Assembly (NCBI GenBank): GCA_965112735.1
Contig: OZ218958.1
Location: 3,162,001 to 3,226,000 of the forward strand
Source of the DNA: Phaeosaccion multiseriatum
Lineage: Eukaryota > Protista > Ochrophyta, other classes
Length of the DNA stretch: 64,000 bases
Direction of reading: 5' to 3'
The stretch's first letter is position 1, and every line of letters starts with the position of its first letter. Positions 61,000-64,000 of this stretch are shown here, in pieces. A program made the position numbers and the translations under genes. The notes beneath the pieces were generated by a model. That model worked only from the letters and a program-made list of their open reading frames with translations. It did no database searches and was not told where the DNA came from.

Positions 61000-62079
61000 T
61001 CAGTCGTCCTCGCAGTCGCAAGGGTGGCCGTTTGCGTGCACCCACCGCTTCATCTCCTCGAAGGTCTTGCTATCCCAACTCTCGTCCCTATGCGCTTCTG
61101 GACATGCCCGCGCATCCCACGCACACATGACGCTCTCGGATCGAAGCCACTGTAGCATGGCCAGGTCTTTCGCATAGACAGCATATTCGCAAATATCGCT
61201 GTCCCACTTGCACAAGTCTCGCACATTCGCGTGCAGCCATTGCAACGCCTCGAACTGTCCATAGCTTGCTGCGTAGTGAGCTCCATGCTGCCATCTATTG
61301 TCGCCATTGTCCAGCAGTGCCGCCCTCACCTTGGGCTGCTCCGAGAGCACGTCCAAGGCGGTGATTACCCCACTTGTTATGGGATGGATCCAAATATTGG
61401 CGGTGAACGGCGCGTCCTGAGAAAGCAGCCACACCAGCGCCTCTGCATTTCCTTTCTTTGCGGCTGTAGTGCAAGTCCACTCGTCCCACGGGCACTGTGT
61501 TTTGTCACCGAGCCCGGGGAGGTCTTCGGAGCGGAGCCACATGAGAATGCTCAGGCTGTGCTCTGTGTTCCGGGCAGCGGCGCGACACACCTTTTCGCTC
61601 CAGGGACAGCCATGGCGATACAGTGCCTGGCAGATGCTCACGTCGGCCCACTCCGCTGCATGCTCGAAAGTCGCGACGCTCAAGGGGTAGCCCTGCTCAT
61701 TGACGGCCCAGTCGAGGCACTCCACAGAGCCGAACACGCCTAGGCGAAGAGACGTCTCGAGGCCGGGGTACGCGGCGTTGTACAGCTTCCTCCAGCCTTT
61801 GCTCACCCCAGCGACAAAGACATGGTGCCCCTGCCCCAAAATGCCCATGGCCATGCTCAGCGTCGCCTCCAGAGCCAGCACGTTCGTACGCGATGGATGC
61901 TTCCGCTCCGACGCTGAGGCGGTCGGGGAGATTGCCCCGGCTCCCGCCCCTTCTTCGTTTGAGACCATTAGTCGCCCTCTCTTTGCACGGCCTCCCAGCT
62001 CTGTCATGAGGATCAATTCCCGTGTCTCGGAAGGCCACGTGAGTACGTGGAGTGTGGTGGGGTGCGACACAGCGCTCAT
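61000..62079 (-). CDS. Intronless ankyrin-repeat protein (CPW-type repeats)
   Basis: HGCPWSEKVCRAAA, CPWDEWTCTTAAKKGNAEALVWL, AASYGQFEALQWLHAN, CKWDSDICEYAVYAKDLAMLQWLR; N-terminal FVAGVSKGWRKLY motif. Confidence 0.85.
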   Translation of the reverse strand: MSAVSHPTTLHVLTWPSETRELILMTELGGRAKRGRLMVSNEEGAGAGAISPTASASERKHPSRTNVLALEATLSMAMGILGQGHHVFVAGVSKGWRKLYNAAYPGLETSLRLGVFGSVECLDWAVNEQGYPLSVATFEHAAEWADVSICQALYRHGCPWSEKVCRAAARNTEHSLSILMWLRSEDLPGLGDKTQCPWDEWTCTTAAKKGNAEALVWLLSQDAPFTANIWIHPITSGVITALDVLSEQPKVRAALLDNGDNRWQHGAHYAASYGQFEALQWLHANVRDLCKWDSDICEYAVYAKDLAMLQWLRSESVMCAWDARACPEAHRDESWDSKTFEEMKRWVHANGHPCDCEDD

Positions 62080-62288
62080 GAAGTGGGGGGAAACACCGGC
62101 ACGCCAGCCTGTGAGTAAATTGTATCACCGACGTGCCGACGTAGAATAGGCAGGCCCTTTGCCACCACGCTGAATCAGAGCAAGCAAGCGCGTGACTGCA
62201 GCTCAATAAGAATGTATTCAATTGTTACTTGTCCAAAATAGCGAAGGCCGGAGTGTTGGGAGACTCGAGAGGACAACCCGAAGCAGAA

Positions 62289-64000
62289 TCACTTCTTGCC
62301 ATTGCCCTTCCCCCTTCCCCTCCTCTTCTTGGTGCCCTTTCCCTTTCTCTTCCCCTTTCCCGTCGGAGCTGTCCAGACGGGCGCGTCAGTGGACGCTGCT
62401 GTCCAGACGGGCTTGGTCGTGGGAGCGGGGGTAGGTGCGTCCGTAGGAGCCCTCGTTGGCTGTGGGTGGGGAAGCGAGCACGGGAAGGAAGGACGGGGAC
62501 ATGAAGTGGAGCAAGGGGTAAGAGACGCGTGAGGCTTAGCGGGGAGCGTAGAGCTCGAACGGGCCGATCCCACGAGGTCGACGGGCACGGCGGACTGCCC
62601 ATGACTGCTGAGATGGCTCACCTTCATCGTCGGGGCGGGGGTAGGTGCATCCGTAGGAGCCCTCGTGGGCTGTGGGTGGGGAAGCGAACAAGGGAAGGAA
62701 GGACGGACATGAAGTGAAGCAAGGGGTAAGAGACGCGTGAGGCTTAGCGGGGAGCGTAGAGCTGAAACGGGCCGATCACATGAGGTCGACGGGCACAGCA
62801 GACTGCCCATGACTGCTGAGATTGCGTACCTTCATGGTGGGGGCGGGCGTAGGTGCGGCTGTCCAGACGGGCTTGATCGTAGGAGCGGGGGTAGGTGCAT
62901 CCGTAGGAGCCCTCGTTGGCTGTGGGTGGGGAAGCGAGCAAGGGAAGGAAGGACGGAAATGAAGTGGAGCAAGGGGTAAGAGACGCGTGAGGCTTAGCGG
63001 GGAGCGTAGAGCTCAAACGGGCCGATCACATGAGCTTGACGGGCACAGCACACGGCCCATGACTGCTGAGATTGCTTACCTTCATCGTCGGGGCGGGGGT
63101 AGGTGCATCCGTAGGAGCCCTCGTTGGCTGTGGGTGGGGAAGCGAGCAAGGGAAGGAAGGACCGAAATGAAGTGGAGCAAGGGGTAAGGGAAACGCGAGG
63201 CTCAGCGGGAAGCGTAGAGCTCAAACGGGCCGATCACACGAGGTCGACGGGCACGGCGGACTGCCCATGACTGCTGAGATTGCGTACCTTCATGGTCGGG
63301 GCGGGCGTAGGTGCGGCTGTCCAGACTGGCTTGATCGTAGGAGCGGGGGTAGGTGCATCCGTAGGAGCCCTCGTTGGCTGTGAAGTGAGCACGGGAAGGA
63401 AGGGCGGACATGAAGTGGAGCAAGGGGTAAGAGACGCGTGAGGATGAGCGGGGAACGTAGAGCTGAAACGGGCCCATCCCTTGAGCTCGACGGGCACAGC
63501 AGACTGCCCATGACTGCTGAGATGGCTCACCTTCATCGTCGGGGCGGGGGTAGGTGCATCCGTAGGAGCCCTCGTTGGCTGTGGGTGGGGAAGCGAGCGA
63601 GGGAAGAGAGGACGGAAATGAAGTGGAGCAAGGGTTAAGGGAAACGCGAGGCTTCGGGGGGGCGTAGAGCTCAAACGGGCCGATCGCATGAGGTCGACGG
63701 GCACGGCGGACTGCCCATGACGGCTGAGATTGCTCACCTTCATGGTGGGGGCGGGTGTAGGTGCCGCTGTCCAGACTGGCTTAGGCGTGGGAGCGGGGGT
63801 AGGAGCATCTGTAGGAGCTCTCGTGGGCTGTGAGTGAAGGAGCGAGCACGGGAATGTATGTGGAGTCGCAGGAGAGCGAGGCTTAGGAGTGTAGGAAAGA
63901 GACGACTCGCACACACCAGCTCGACGGGCACGGCACCCGGCCCCTGACTGCTGAGATGGCTCACCTTCATCGTCGGGGCGGGGGTAGGTGCATCCGTAGG
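62289..64000 (-). CDS. 3' part of a third Pro/Thr-repeat paralogue with a basic Lys/Gly tail (gene 3; extends beyond the window)
   Basis: Phase-0 exons >64000-63965, 63827-63738, 63578-63531, 63377-63288, 63127-63080, 62919-62830, 62669-62622; terminal exon 62459-62289 (PTRAPTDAPTPAPT...GKGKRKGKGTKKRRGRGKGNGKK*). Confidence 0.85.

Noticed and set aside
1-64000. tRNA, rRNA, transposase or reverse transcriptase genes
   Set aside because: None recognised by eye; a covariance-model scan and TE HMM search would be needed to exclude them formally.

Overview
Eukaryotic, GC-rich genomic DNA with many GT-AG introns and microsatellites. It is probably from a photosynthetic stramenopile (inference from a signal-peptide+Phe plastid-targeting motif, Cx4Cx9Cx2H zinc-finger repeats, an ERG8-type phosphomevalonate kinase and a CPW-type ankyrin protein). 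Clear conserved genes are XRN1 (27337-39118, -), an NAD(P)-binding Rossmann protein, two tandem secreted class-3 lipases, a SIM/MIU/RING E3 ligase, phosphomevalonate kinase and an ankyrin-repeat protein. The most striking structure is a family of three Pro/Thr/Lys-rich genes (1586-11471 +, 22234-26449 +, 62289->64000 -); the first two have signal peptides and the third runs off the window. They are built from tandem arrays of homogenised exon+intron cassettes that are all phase 0. In one array, nine introns carry dead exon copies whose acceptor sits inside a 20-bp inverted repeat, with one compensatory base change. Between the first two genes is a ~10-kb patchwork of locally copied fragments, including an inverted triplication of a degenerate PWWP / GIY-YIG-like / zinc-finger gene. 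A ~740-bp fold-back palindrome separates the two lipases. No rRNA, tRNA, CRISPR array or transposase was recognised. Exon coordinates were read by eye and are unverified by transcript data.
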